A DNA stretch of 64,000 nt. Origin: the human T2T-CHM13v2.0 reference genome, Homo sapiens. This document shows, one piece after another, positions 40,195 through 52,304 of this stretch (positions are counted from its first letter, which is position 1; each line of letters begins with the position of its first letter). Position numbers and translations under genes: made by a program. Under the pieces are notes generated by a model. That model did no database searches, was not told where the DNA came from, and was given only the letters and a program-made list of their open reading frames with translations. The DNA is taken from the NCBI RefSeq assembly GCF_009914755.1, contig NC_060947.1; one strand, written 5' to 3'.

Positions 40195-40707
40195 AACTAA
40201 TTGCCTGCCAAATATCTTTATCTGTTTTTGTTAAATAGAAACAAAGCCCCATTTCTGTTAGGAATGGCAGTGTGCTCAGCTAAAAGAAACTACATTTCAC
40301 AGGCTACCTTGCAGACATGTAACATAAGATTGGACCAACATTATAAAGCAAGATGTTAAGAAAATTCCTTAAAAGGGGAGAGCTGACTTAGGTAAGAGAC
40401 TATTTTGTCTTTATTCCTTCCTGCTTTGTCCTGTCTGGAATGGAGACATAATGACTGATGCTGCAACATCTGTCTGACTACCATGAGGCAACCCTGAAGA
40501 TAGAAGCCATGTGCCTGTGGGTGGCAGAATAGAAAGATATAAGGACCTTGGGTTATTAAAGATACTGTAGAGCTACCCTCACCAAACTTGAACTTCTTTA
40601 ATAAGAAGAAAAATAAATATCTCTTATTTAAGGCATTGATTTATTTTCTTTAGTAGGAGAGGGGCATCTTTATTACTAGCGGTTAAACACAATTCATGAT
40701 TAATACA
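40195..40707 (+). mobile_element. MLT1J-like MaLR solo LTR
   Basis: GCTCAGCTAAAAG..ACTACATTTC..CTTGCAG; CCATGAGGCAACCCTGAAGATAGAAGCCA; ends TAATACA. Confidence 0.75.
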
Positions 40708-40824
40708 TTATCCCTGAAGTCTCCATTTAAATTTCACTTCCCCAGGGAGTCCTTCTGTGATCCTTTAGACTAAGGTAGATCTCACAGCACTTCCCTTTTA
40801 TAACATTCATCACACGCGTAATTA

Positions 40825-41120
40825 CCATTGACCCTTGAACAACATGGGTTTGAAACTGCATGGGTCCACTTACATGTAGGTTTTTAAAAATAAATATGGT
40901 CAGCCCTCTGTATCTGCAGGTTCTGCATCTGCCACAAAATGTGAATAGAAAATACAACATCTGTGGGATGCAAAACCCTCAGATTTGTAGGGTCACCTTT
41001 TCATTTATCCACAGGTTCCACCAGATTCCCCAGGGCAAACTGCAGGACTTGAGCATGTACAGATTTTCGTATTCTCAGGAGTCCTGGAACCAATCCTCCA
41101 TGGATGCCAAGAGACAACTG
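40825..41120 (+). mobile_element. MER2B-like TcMar-Tigger MITE inserted in an L2 remnant
   Basis: Termini CCATTGACCCTTGAACAACATGGG and CCATGGATGCCAAGAGACAACTG, flanked by TA at 40823-24 and 41121-22. L2-like sequence lies on both sides. Confidence 0.85.
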
Positions 41121-41644
41121 TACTTGTTTCATGTCTATATTTTCTGCTACCTTTTAAGCTCTGGATGAGCAAAGATTACATCTATCTCAACCTAGCAAAG
41201 CGGCCAGCACAGAGCTGTCAATTAAACTGTTAATAATAGTTTAATTTAATTGAATGAAAAATGCACAGAAAGAAGGAAGAATATCGGTCAACGCCCCAGA
41301 TACTGTCCCACCCCAGATACTGTGCAACTCCTAAAGTGGAAATAACTATTTTATCATAAATACTACAGAAACCTACAAAGTAAACTATGTAGCTTTGTCA
41401 GAGGCGTAAAGTAAATTTAGAACTTGAGAAACATTAAGTGTCCTCTTAGCCTCTGTGTGGTTTCCTGCACACTATATACAGGTGTTAGAGAGATCTAGTA
41501 CCCTCTAACATCCCGTTGAAAATACATTTGCCATAGACCTGCAAGTTTTCTATACTAACAATAGTTAATAGTGCTCTCTCCTGCACTATTATCAATCCCA
41601 TCTCTGTAACTTAACAAGGCAAGTAAAGCAGCAACGGGATCAAT

Positions 41645-41725
41645 GGAAAAGAAAGGAAGGAAATGGAAGAAGGAAGGAAGGAAGAAAGGAAGGAAGGAAA
41701 AAAGGAAGGAAGGAAGGAAGGAAAA
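41645..41725. repeat. (GGAA)n-type purine-rich repeat
   Basis: Read directly. Confidence 0.9.
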
Positions 41726-42419
41726 TATTACCAAGGCTTTAGGCATTTTATTTTGGTTTTGATATGTTTGATATCTTGAGGATTGGGCTTATTTGGGTGT
41801 TTAGATATCATATGGAAAATATCTGTTATGTATCTAGCAAAAATTCAATATGAGCGTAATGACAACTTCCTAGAGCCCTCCCAGGCTGTAATGTTGCAGG
41901 GGGTTTACAGTCGTATTCTAAAGTAAAATTTTAGCAAAAAAAAGATGGAATTCCATCCGTAAAACATTCAAGGGAACACCAGTGAAGGCTGAGATATCTG
42001 TAGACACTCATGAACCAATGATACCAAGCTATCCTGTAGTCACTCTATGTGACAAGAAGCACATCACAAATTACACTACAAACAACTACTTGTCTCTTTC
42101 TCACTCCCTTCTTCCCTTTTTTTCAGCAATTTTCTCCACTTTTGGTTGCTCCCTAAAACTTTCTTTTTGTTCTCCCGTTCCCTAGCCTCGTCCTTGTTAG
42201 CAGCCCTCCCCTACAACACTATGGAATGACAGACAGACATCAGGCAGAAGGGAAAGGATGCCAGCACTGATTGGCATTCAAAACACCTATGTGGTGTTAC
42301 CTGACAGATGCCAAAGAAGTGCTATCCAAGAACCAGCCCTTGCAGCATGGAGAAAAATTTCCACATTTTTCATTCATCTGGATACATGCATTAAAAAATG
42401 CCTGTTAAAATAAGATGAT

Positions 42420-45400
42420 CCAGCATCCACCCTATAGTACTGCAGCTGATACACTCTTGAAAGCACCACCTCCTGGCTGGAGGCCAACCAACACAAAGCC
42501 AGTGCACTAAACAAAAATACAGCCAAGGACCCTCACAGAGTCCACTTCACTCTCCTGCTAACTCCACTGGAGCAGGTGCCGATATCCACGGCTGAAAGAC
42601 CTGAAGACAGATCATGTCACAGGACTCTTTGCAGACACTCCCCAGTACCAGCCCATAGCCCAGTAGCTCCACTGGGTGGCTACACCCAGAAGAGAAATAA
42701 CAATCACTGCAGTTCGGCTCTCAGGAATCCCCATCCCCAGGGGAAGGGGAAGAACACCACATCAAGGGAGCACCCCATGGGACAAAAGAATATGAACAGC
42801 AGCCCTTGAGTCCTAGATCTTCTCTCTGACACAGTCTACACAAATGAGAAGGAAGCAGAAAAAGTATTCTGGTAATATAACAAAACAAGGTTCTTTAACA
42901 CCCCCAAAAGATTACACTAGCTCACTAGCAATGGATCCAAACCAAGGAGAAATTTCTGAATTGCCAGAAAAAAAATTCAGAAGGTCAATTACTAAGCTAA
43001 TCAAAGCGGCTCCAGAAAAAGGTGAAGTCCAACTTAAAGAAATCAAAACCATGACACAAGATATGAAAGGAAAAGTCTTCAGGGAAATAGATAGCATAAA
43101 CAAAAAACAATCACAACTTCTGGAAATCAAGGACACACTTAGAGAAATGCAAAATGCACTGGAAAGTCTCAGCAATAGAATTGAACAAAAGAAGAAAGAA
43201 CTTCAGAGCTCAAAGACAACGATTTTTGAATTAACCCAATCTGTCAAAGAAAAAGAAAAAGAATTTTAAAAAATGAACAAAACCTCCAAGAAGTTTGGGA
43301 CTATGTTAAGCATCCAAACCAAAGAATAATGGGTGTTCCCAAGGAAGAAGAGAAATCTAAAAGGTTGGAAAACACATCTGAGGGAATAATCGAGGAAAAC
43401 TTCCCCAGCCTTGCTAGAGATCTAGACATCCAAATACAAGGAGCTCAAAGAACACCTGGGAAATTCATTGCAAAAAGATCATCACCTAGGCACATAGTCA
43501 TCAGGTTATCTGAAATCAAGACGAAGAAAAGAATCTTAAGAGCTGTCAGTCAAAAGCATCAAGTAACCTACAAAGGAAAACCTATCAGAATAATAGCAGA
43601 TTTCTCAGCAGAAACCCTACAAGCTAGAAGGGATTGGGGTCCTATTTTTAGCCTCCTTAAATGAAACAATTATCAGCCAAGAATTTTGTATCCAGTGAAA
43701 CTAAGCTTAATAAATGAAGGAAAGATACAGTCTTTTCCAGACAAATGCTGACAGAATTCGCCACTACCAAGACAGCACTATATGAACTGCTAAAAAGAGC
43801 TCTAAATCTTGAAACAAGTCCTTGAAATACATGAAAATAGAACCTCCTTAAAGCATAAATCTCACAGGAACTATACAACAGTAACACAATGAAAAAAAGG
43901 TATTCAGGCAATAATTTGCACAGTGAATAGAATAGCACCTCACATCTCAATACTAATGTTGAATGTAAATGGCCTAAATGCTCCACTTAAAAGATACAGA
44001 ATGGCAGAATGAATAAGAGTTCACCAACCACGTTTCTGCTGTCTTCAGGAGACTCAACTAACACATAGGAACTCACATAAACTTAAGGTAAAGGGGTTAG
44101 AAAAAGATATTCCATGCAAATGGACACCAAAAGCGAGCAGGAATAGCTATTCTTACATCAGACAAATTTTAAAGCAACAGCAGTTTAAAAAGACAAAAAA
44201 GGACATTACATAACGATAAAAGGACTAGTCCAATAGGAAAATATCACAATCCTAAATATATATGCACTTAATGCTGGAGCTCCCAAATTTATAAAATAAT
44301 TACTACTAGACCTAAGAAATAAGATAGATGGCAACACAATAATAGTGAGGGACTTTAATAGTCCACTGACAGCACTAGACAGGTCATCAAGACAGAAAGC
44401 CAACAAAGAAACAATGGACTTAAACTATAACCTACAGCAAATGGACTTAACAGGTATTTACAGAACATTATACCCAACAACTGCAGAACATACATTCTAT
44501 TCACCAGCACATGGAACATTCTCCAAGACAGACCATATGATAGGCCACAAAACAAGTCTCAGTAAATTTAAGAAAATCGAAATGATATCAAGTACTCTCA
44601 GACCACAGTGGAAAAACTGGAAATCAACTCTAAAAGGAGCCTTCAAAACCATGCAAATACATGGAAGTTAAATAACCTGCTTCTGAATTATCATTGGGTC
44701 AACAATGAAACCAAGATGGAAACTGAAAAATTCTTTGAACTGAATGATAATAGTGACACAACCTATCCAAACCTCTGGGATACAGCAAAAGCGGTGCTAA
44801 GAGGAAAGTTCATAGCATTAAATGCCTACATTAAAAAGTCTGAACAGGCAAAAATAGACAATCTAAGGTCACACCTCATTAAACTGGAGAAACAAGAACA
44901 ATCCAAATGCAAACCCAGCACAAGAAAAGAAATAACCAAGATCAGAGCAGAACTAAATGAAATTGAAACAAAAGAAATAATACAAAAGATAAATGAAACA
45001 AAAACCTGGTTCTTTGAAAAAAATGAATAAAAATGATTAACCAAGATTAACCAAGAAAAGAAGAGAGAAGATCCAAATAAGCTCAATCAGAAACAAAACG
45101 GGATATATTACTACTGATACCACAGAGAAACAGAAGATTATTCAAGGCTACTATGAACACCTTTATGTGCATAAACTAGAAAACCTAGAGGAAATGGATA
45201 AATTCCTGGAAATATACAACTCCCCTAGATTAAACCAGGAAGATATAGAAACTCGTAACAGACCAATAATGAGCAGTGAGATTGAAATGGTAATAAAACA
45301 ATTGTCAACAAGAGTCAGACAGATTCATAGCTGAATTTCATCAGATATTCAAAGAAGAATTGGTACCAATCCTATTAACACTATTCCACAGAACAGAGAA

Positions 45401-47532
45401 AGAGGGAATCCTCCCTAAATCATTCTATGAAGCCAGTGTCATCCTAATACCAAAACCAGGGAAGGACATAACAAAAAAAGAAAGCTACAGACCAATATCC
45501 CTGATGAACACAGATACAGAAATCCTCAACAAAATACTAGCCGACCAAATCCAACAGCATATCAAAAAGATCATCCACCATGATCAAGTGGGTTTCATAC
45601 CAGGGATGCAGGGATGGTTTAACATATGCAAGTCAATAAATGTGACACATCACACAAAATTTAAAACAAAAATCACATGATCATCTCAATGGATTCAGAC
45701 AAAGCATTTGACAAAATCCAGTATCCCTTTATGATTAAAACCCTCAGCAAAATCAGCACAGAAGGGACATACCTCAAGGTAACAAGAGCTGTCTATGTCA
45801 AACCCACAGCCAACATTATACTGAATGGCGAAAAGTTGAAAGCATTCCCCCTGAGAACTGAAACAAAACAAGGATGCCCACTTTCACCACTTCTATTCAA
45901 CAAATTACTGGAATTCCTAGCCAAAGCAATCCAACAAGAGAAAGAAATAAAGGGCATCTAAATTGGTAAAGAGGAAGTCAAACTGTCACTGTTTGCTGAT
46001 GATATGATCGTATATCTAGAAAACCCTAACGAGTCATCCAAAAAGCTCCTAGATCTGGTAAATGAATTCAGCAAAGTTTCAGGATACAAAATCAAATGTA
46101 CACAAATCAGTAGCACAGCTATACACCAACAGCAACCACACTGAGAATCAACAAGAACTCAACCTCTTTTACAACAGATGCAAAATAATAATAATAAGGA
46201 ATATACTTAAGCAAAGAGGTGAAAGAACCCCTACAAAGAAAACTATAAAACACTGCTGAAAAAAATTATAGATGACACAAACCAATGGAACCATATCCCA
46301 TGCTCATGGAGGGGTAGAATCAATATTGTGAAAACGACCATACAGCCAAAAGCAATCTACAAGTTCAATGCAATTCCCATCAAAACACCACCATTATTCT
46401 TCACAGAACTAGAAAAAACAATCCTAAAATTCATATGGAACCAAAAAAGAGCCCACATAGCAAAAACAAGACTAAACAAAAGAACAAATCTGGAAACTTC
46501 AGATTACCCGACTAGAACTATACTATAAGGGCATAGTCACCAAAACAGCATGATACTGGTATAAAAATAAGTACGTAGGCCAATGGAACAGAATAGAGAA
46601 CCCAGGAATAAAGGTAAATACAGCCAACTGATTTTCAACAAAGCAAACAAAAACAAAGTGGGGGAAAGACACTCTATTCAACAAATGGTGCTGGGATCAT
46701 TGACAAGTCACACTTAGAAGAATGAAACTGGATCTTCATCTCTCATCTTATACAAAAATCAACTCAAGGTGCATCAAGGACTTAATTCTAAGACCTGAAA
46801 CCATAAAAATTCTAAAGGTAACATCGGAAAAACTCTTACAGACATTGGCTTAGGCAAAGACTTCATGACCAAGAACCCAAAAGCAAACACAGCAAAAACA
46901 AACATAAATAGATGGGACTTAATTAAAGCTTCTGCACAGCAAAAGAAATAATCAGCAGAATAAACAGACAACCCACAGAGAGGGAGAAAATCTTCACAAT
47001 CTATACATTTGACAAAGGACTAATATCCAGAATCTACAAGGAACTCAGACAAATCAGCAAGAAGAAAACCAACAATCCCATCAAAAAGTGGGCTAAGGAC
47101 ATGAATAGACAATTCTCAAAAGAAGATGTACAAATGGCCAACAAGCATATGAAAAAATGCTCAACATCACTAATTATCAGGGAAATGCAAATCAAAACCA
47201 CAATGTCATACCACCTTACTCCTGCAAGAATGGCCATAATAAAAAAATAATAAATGTTGGCATGGATGTGGTGAAAAGGGAATACTTTTACACTGTTGGT
47301 GAGTATGTAAACTAGTACAACCACTATGGAAAACAGTGTGGACATTCCTTAAATAACTAAAAGTGTATCTATTTGATCCAGCAATCCCACTACTAGGTAT
47401 CTAAAAGAAGTCCTTATATGGAAAAGGCACTTGTATACTCATGTTTATAGCAGCACAATTTGCAATTGCAAAAATATGGAACCAGCCCAAATGCCCATCA
47501 ATCAATGAGAGGATACAGAAAATGTGATGCAT

Positions 47533-47579
<47 letters not shown>

Positions 47580-47950
47580 ATGGAAATAGTACTCAGCCAT
47601 AAAAAGGAACAAAATAATGGCATATGCAGCAACCTGGATAGAATTGGAGACTATTATTTTAAGTGAAGCAACTCAGGAATGGAAAACCAAACATTATGTG
47701 TTCTCGCTAATAAGTGGGAGCTAAGCTATGAGGATGCAAAGGCATAAGAATAATACAATGGACTTTGGAGACTCAGGGGAAAGGGTGGGAGGAGTGTGAG
47801 AGATAAAAGACTGCACATTGGGTAGAGTGTACACATCTTGGGTGATGGGTGCACCAAAATCTCAGAAATCACCACTAAAGAACTTATTCATGGAACCAAA
47901 CACCATTTGTTCCACAAAAACTATTAAAATAAAAAATAAATTTAAAAAAA
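42420..47950 (+). mobile_element. Long inactive L1PB LINE-1 (partial 5' UTR, ORF1, ORF2, 3' UTR), antisense to PCDH19
   Basis: ORF1-like (MDPNQ.EISELPEK, EENFPSLARD) and ORF2-like ([15 protein letters not shown]) fragments. L1PB 3' end GGGTGATGGGTGCACCAAAATCTCAGAAATCACCACTAAAGAAC and an A tail. Confidence 0.95.
47534..47578. repeat. (CA)n microsatellite inside the L1
   Basis: About 22 perfect units. Confidence 0.95.
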
Positions 47951-49215
47951 TGTTTAGAAGAGGCACCATTATCGAACTGAGATTATCAGATTTTTTTGGG
48001 TCACATAACAGAGCCCTGAATAAGGGTATCCAGGATAAGAGAGATTTGATGGGGTTAAAAACACTAGAAATGTCTGGATGTGGAGATGCCTCAGGAAGGA
48101 TGAAGGATGGGGATGGGGTGTGGGAACAAAGTTCCTGAGACTGGCAAAGGGATGTTGCCAAAAGACAAGACAGAAGAAAAAAGGCCAGCCCTGGTTAGCA
48201 TAACTTGGCATTTTCAGTATGGCTGACAAAACAGCAGAAATTCTGCAAAGTTTAGTTTTAGTTTGAGATAGGGAGAATGGCTGAAAAGACTGATGAACCC
48301 CAATCTTGTCCTAGACCATTTCACTGATCAGCATTAGTTAGCAAATGTCACCCAATATTTGGCCTCTGTGATGCCAAATGGCACATAGGCCTCTCCCATC
48401 ATTCACAGGCTATGCACCTGAAATTCACTTAACTCCCAGTGCAACATGAAAATAGATTAAAAAGATGCCCCTTTCAGAATTCAAAGCAATTGAATTATCT
48501 TCAATGGAATCTTTAGTGCTGAGCTGGTCAAACAGACAAAGTTAAAACATATTGAAGTATAAGTGCTTGAGAATTTAATATTTATGATAGATGAGAGTGT
48601 GGCGTGTACAGTCATACAATCCAAGTTGTAATTTGGGCAATCACAACAGTTCCTGGAGTTTTCATTTTTGTACTGGGGCTCGATTCAATTCAATCCATAA
48701 AGAAGAGATTTCAAGATGTACATAAGTATAAATCATTTGTGCTGATGCATGGGGAGCAAGGAAATCAAGCAAAAGGCTGCCTGGAAAATTGAGACTAAGA
48801 AATAAGAGGTGCTGACAGTGACTGAGATAAGCAGAGATTGACTAGACTGAAATCTTTGTATTTTGGCTTCTGTGATGGAGAAAATAATCTGACAAAGTGC
48901 TGGACTTCATCTAGGTGCTTATAAACCATTTGAAAAAGCAACTTTACTAGTAAATATGAGGTGACACAGAAGGCCAATGAGCTATTCCCCAAAAGATAGA
49001 ACACTGAGATACTACAACTCTGAAAAACATAGGACCGTTTTTGAAAGTTTCATATAAAGACGCCCACAGAATTAAGTCCCTCAAACCTATATTAGTGGGA
49101 TACCTACAACATCTTGTCACTTCTCTGAAGAGTTCAAATCAGTTATTTGACTTGGTGTAGATTTAAAAGTCAGATGCATTCTACATGCAGTTATACATCT
49201 AGGATGACAGAGCCT

Positions 49216-49542
49216 TTACAAAAAAATGATAAATAAATAATAAAAAAATTAAAAAAAAACTTCTTTAGAGACAAGATCTCACTCTTGCCCAAGCTGGAGT
49301 GCAATAGTGCAATCATAGCTCATTGCAGCTTCCAACTCCTGGACTCCAAGAATTCTCCTGGCTCGGTCTTCCAAGTAGCTGGGACTGCAGGCAGGTGCCT
49401 GGCTAATTAAAAAAAAAAAAAAATTAGAGGCAGAATCTCACTATGTTGCTCAGGCTGGTCTCAAAATCCTGGACTCAAAGGATCCTCCCACTTCAGCCTC
49501 AGGAGTAGCAGGGTTTACAGGAGAGAGCTACCGCGCCCAGTC
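49216..49542 (-). mobile_element. AluJ element
   Basis: AluJ-type diagnostics (CAATCATAGCTCA, AACTCCTGG, CTATGTTGC), with TSD ACAGAGCCT at 49207-15 and 49543-51. Confidence 0.9.
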
Positions 49543-50501
49543 ACAGAGCCTATCACACTTAAAAAATAGTTCTGAACCTAAACTTATCTCCAACTTGGTT
49601 TCACTCTTTTGTGGAAAATAAGGAAACTGCTAGCAGATCATCAGCTTGTGAAGAAGCCACTTTCATGATGGTCATGAGCTTCTAGGAGAATACATAGTGA
49701 AGATGGCACACATAAGACTGACACAGAAAGCAAGAGTAGACAGAGCACGTTGGCCAAGAGAAAAATCTTCCCTTTTCTAATGAAAACTTACTGTTGAATG
49801 GAACAAAAAGGGCACCCAGCAGCTGGTGTTCCCCTTAACAGGAACTGACACTTCCTTCAGTCAAGTCCCAGGACATTCAGTTTTGTAGAATAGGCCATAC
49901 TATACATGAGTCCATGAAAAATGTTGCAACTGTAACTTCTAAATTCCTTAAAGGTTCTTGACTACCAATATGTTCCTAGGACTGGGTGGGGAAGCTAAGA
50001 AACAGCATTAGTAAATCTCCAATCATTTCTTCCACATTTGGAAAATAAAGAGCTCAGTAAACCAATCACTGTCTCCTGTAATGATTCAAAGGGATAGTGT
50101 GTGTGTTTTGTCATCAGCTGGGTATCACTAGAAATGGTCATTGGAAACAAATATATATTAATTAATATATATTAGCTACCTGGGATGGACTATTCATTAC
50201 CAATAGAGGCGTCATAAAAAAGTCTAGCATTATCTTGATGTTTCAGTGTAACTTCGGGAACCATCTGGAATACTATAGTTGTGATGACACTGCTTCTGGG
50301 TACAGCAAACAGCACAATCATTAAAAAAATGCATTTCAAATATCTTTCTGGAAGCTAATAAATTTTACAGCAGTTTTAATCCTTCCTCATTGCAACAAAG
50401 AAAAGCTTAGCTCCAGACAAATTAAAAGTAAATTGATAGCCTTAGGGGACTCTATTCAAATATCAGTTTTCCACGTTAGAAATCTTTTTTCCTAAAACAT
50501 T

Positions 50502-50546
50502 GAGAGAGAGAGAGAGAGAAGAGAGAAGAGAGAAAGAGAGTGAGAG
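50502..50546. repeat. (GA)n-rich repeat
   Basis: Read directly. Confidence 0.85.
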
Positions 50547-52253
50547 TAAAACATTGGGTGGGAGAGCAAGACTGATGATGGAGACAAAGGGTGTAAAAGG
50601 GGCTAGAAGCCAGCACTGTATATGAAAAGACAAGCAACAGAGGAAGAGTGAGAGGCAGCCCAAATCATTAAATCCTTGTTTGCAAAACCAGGTAGAAATC
50701 AACTTAAAGTAAAATGCAAATGTGTCACTGGGGCACAAGCCTAACCTGGAATTTATGAATAATAACTATGAATAATGAATACCAAAATCGAAGGGATCAA
50801 ACACCACCTTCTGTGTTTACTTGTCATTATCCAGCTTACATGGACAATGCTAAATTTTACTCTTTTGCTCTTTTCTTTAAAATTTACTTTGAATGATTCT
50901 TTTTCCATTTGTCCGCTTAATTATACTAGTCGGAAAAAGTAAGCTATATTTTTTCAGGGTGTTGCCTCAAAAACAATTACACAAATTCAGAAGAAAGGCT
51001 AATTGATCTATTGTTTGAGGAAGTCTGATAATTTGAAGGCACCCTATGCTTGTCCCAGTGCTCTTATTAAGAAGAAAAGATTCTTTACACCTTTCAGCAC
51101 ATGAAGATTACAATATAATCCTCTGGCCTCCAGCTTGCCCAACTCTTCTTTAATAGAGAGAATGGCTCTCTATTAAAGAGAAAGGCTCTTCCATCTGAAG
51201 TTTCAGAGAAGTCTTGGAATCTATCTGGGCCACAGCTGTGAGAACTTTTTCTGAGTTAACTCGAGCCTTTGCACGTAGGAGTAGCAGAAGGCTCTCTGGT
51301 TGAGATGACCTGAATTAAGACACTCAGACACAGCTCTGTAAAAATCTCTTTAGGAGCTGATGCATAGTAAGCCTGGATCATGGCCACAAAATCACACACA
51401 CACACACGCACATTCACCACCACTACCACCAGTCCTCACCATCCTTAAGATGCATTTTCATTCACAAATTAATTGAACAAATCAAAAAATCACTGAAAAC
51501 CAGGCTGGTAAATTTAAATGTTCTGTCCATCTTTAGATCATGTATCTTTACACTCTTGGAATAATCTGTTTCTCCAAAACATTGCATCTCCTGAACTCCA
51601 ATTTTATTGTGTTTTCTACTTGTTGGTTAAAATGCCAGTTCTTCATGACTGGGTCTGGGAAACATGGGGCTAATGGAGGAATGCCATGCTGTGGTGGGGG
51701 AAGCCCTGAGGAGTCTAGTTCTGTGTACAGACAATAAGACAACACTGGGAGAATTTGAAGCTCCGTTCAAGCCTGCATGATTTCCATTCTGAGATTCCAA
51801 TTCGGCAGTTATAAGAGGAAGGGTGCACACATGTTTAATATAAGATGTTGAACTCTAGCATAAAAATATTCTAAGAGTAAATGGAAATTATTAATTAAAG
51901 AAAAAGCCTTCTTTGGCTCTAGTACTTTCTTATCCCCTTAATTCCACTTTGCAATCTGTTTTTATTTGCTTTTATTAGTTAGTGAACAGCAAATAATCTG
52001 GTTTGCTATTAAAACTGCAGATAAAATAATCACCTTTGGCAAAATGCAAACAGCGCCTAGCTGTAGAGCTAAGGATCATCATTTGCTCATATATTAAGAC
52101 ATGGCACAACTCCTTTATCTATCCTAATGGCCCTGGATGGGTCGGTGATGAGAAGGGAGGTAGAAAAGGGTTGGAAAGGACAAGAAAGAGGGGCAGATGC
52201 AGAATTATATTTTAAAACCTCCTGCTGGAATTCAAAGAGCCCTCTGCTGTTAA

Positions 52254-52254
<1 letters not shown>

Positions 52255-52301
<47 letters not shown>
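52255..52301. repeat. (CA)n microsatellite
   Basis: About 23 perfect units. Confidence 0.95.

Positions 52302-52304
<3 letters not shown>

Noticed and set aside
41294-41323. 13-bp direct repeat CCCCAGATACTGT, twice
   Set aside because: Only two units; a simple slippage duplication, not an array or CRISPR-like structure.
50151-50172. 22-bp perfect palindrome ATATATATTAATTAATATATAT
   Set aside because: AT-only low complexity that arises trivially from (TA)n; the same applies to the AT-rich patch at about 36361-36415.
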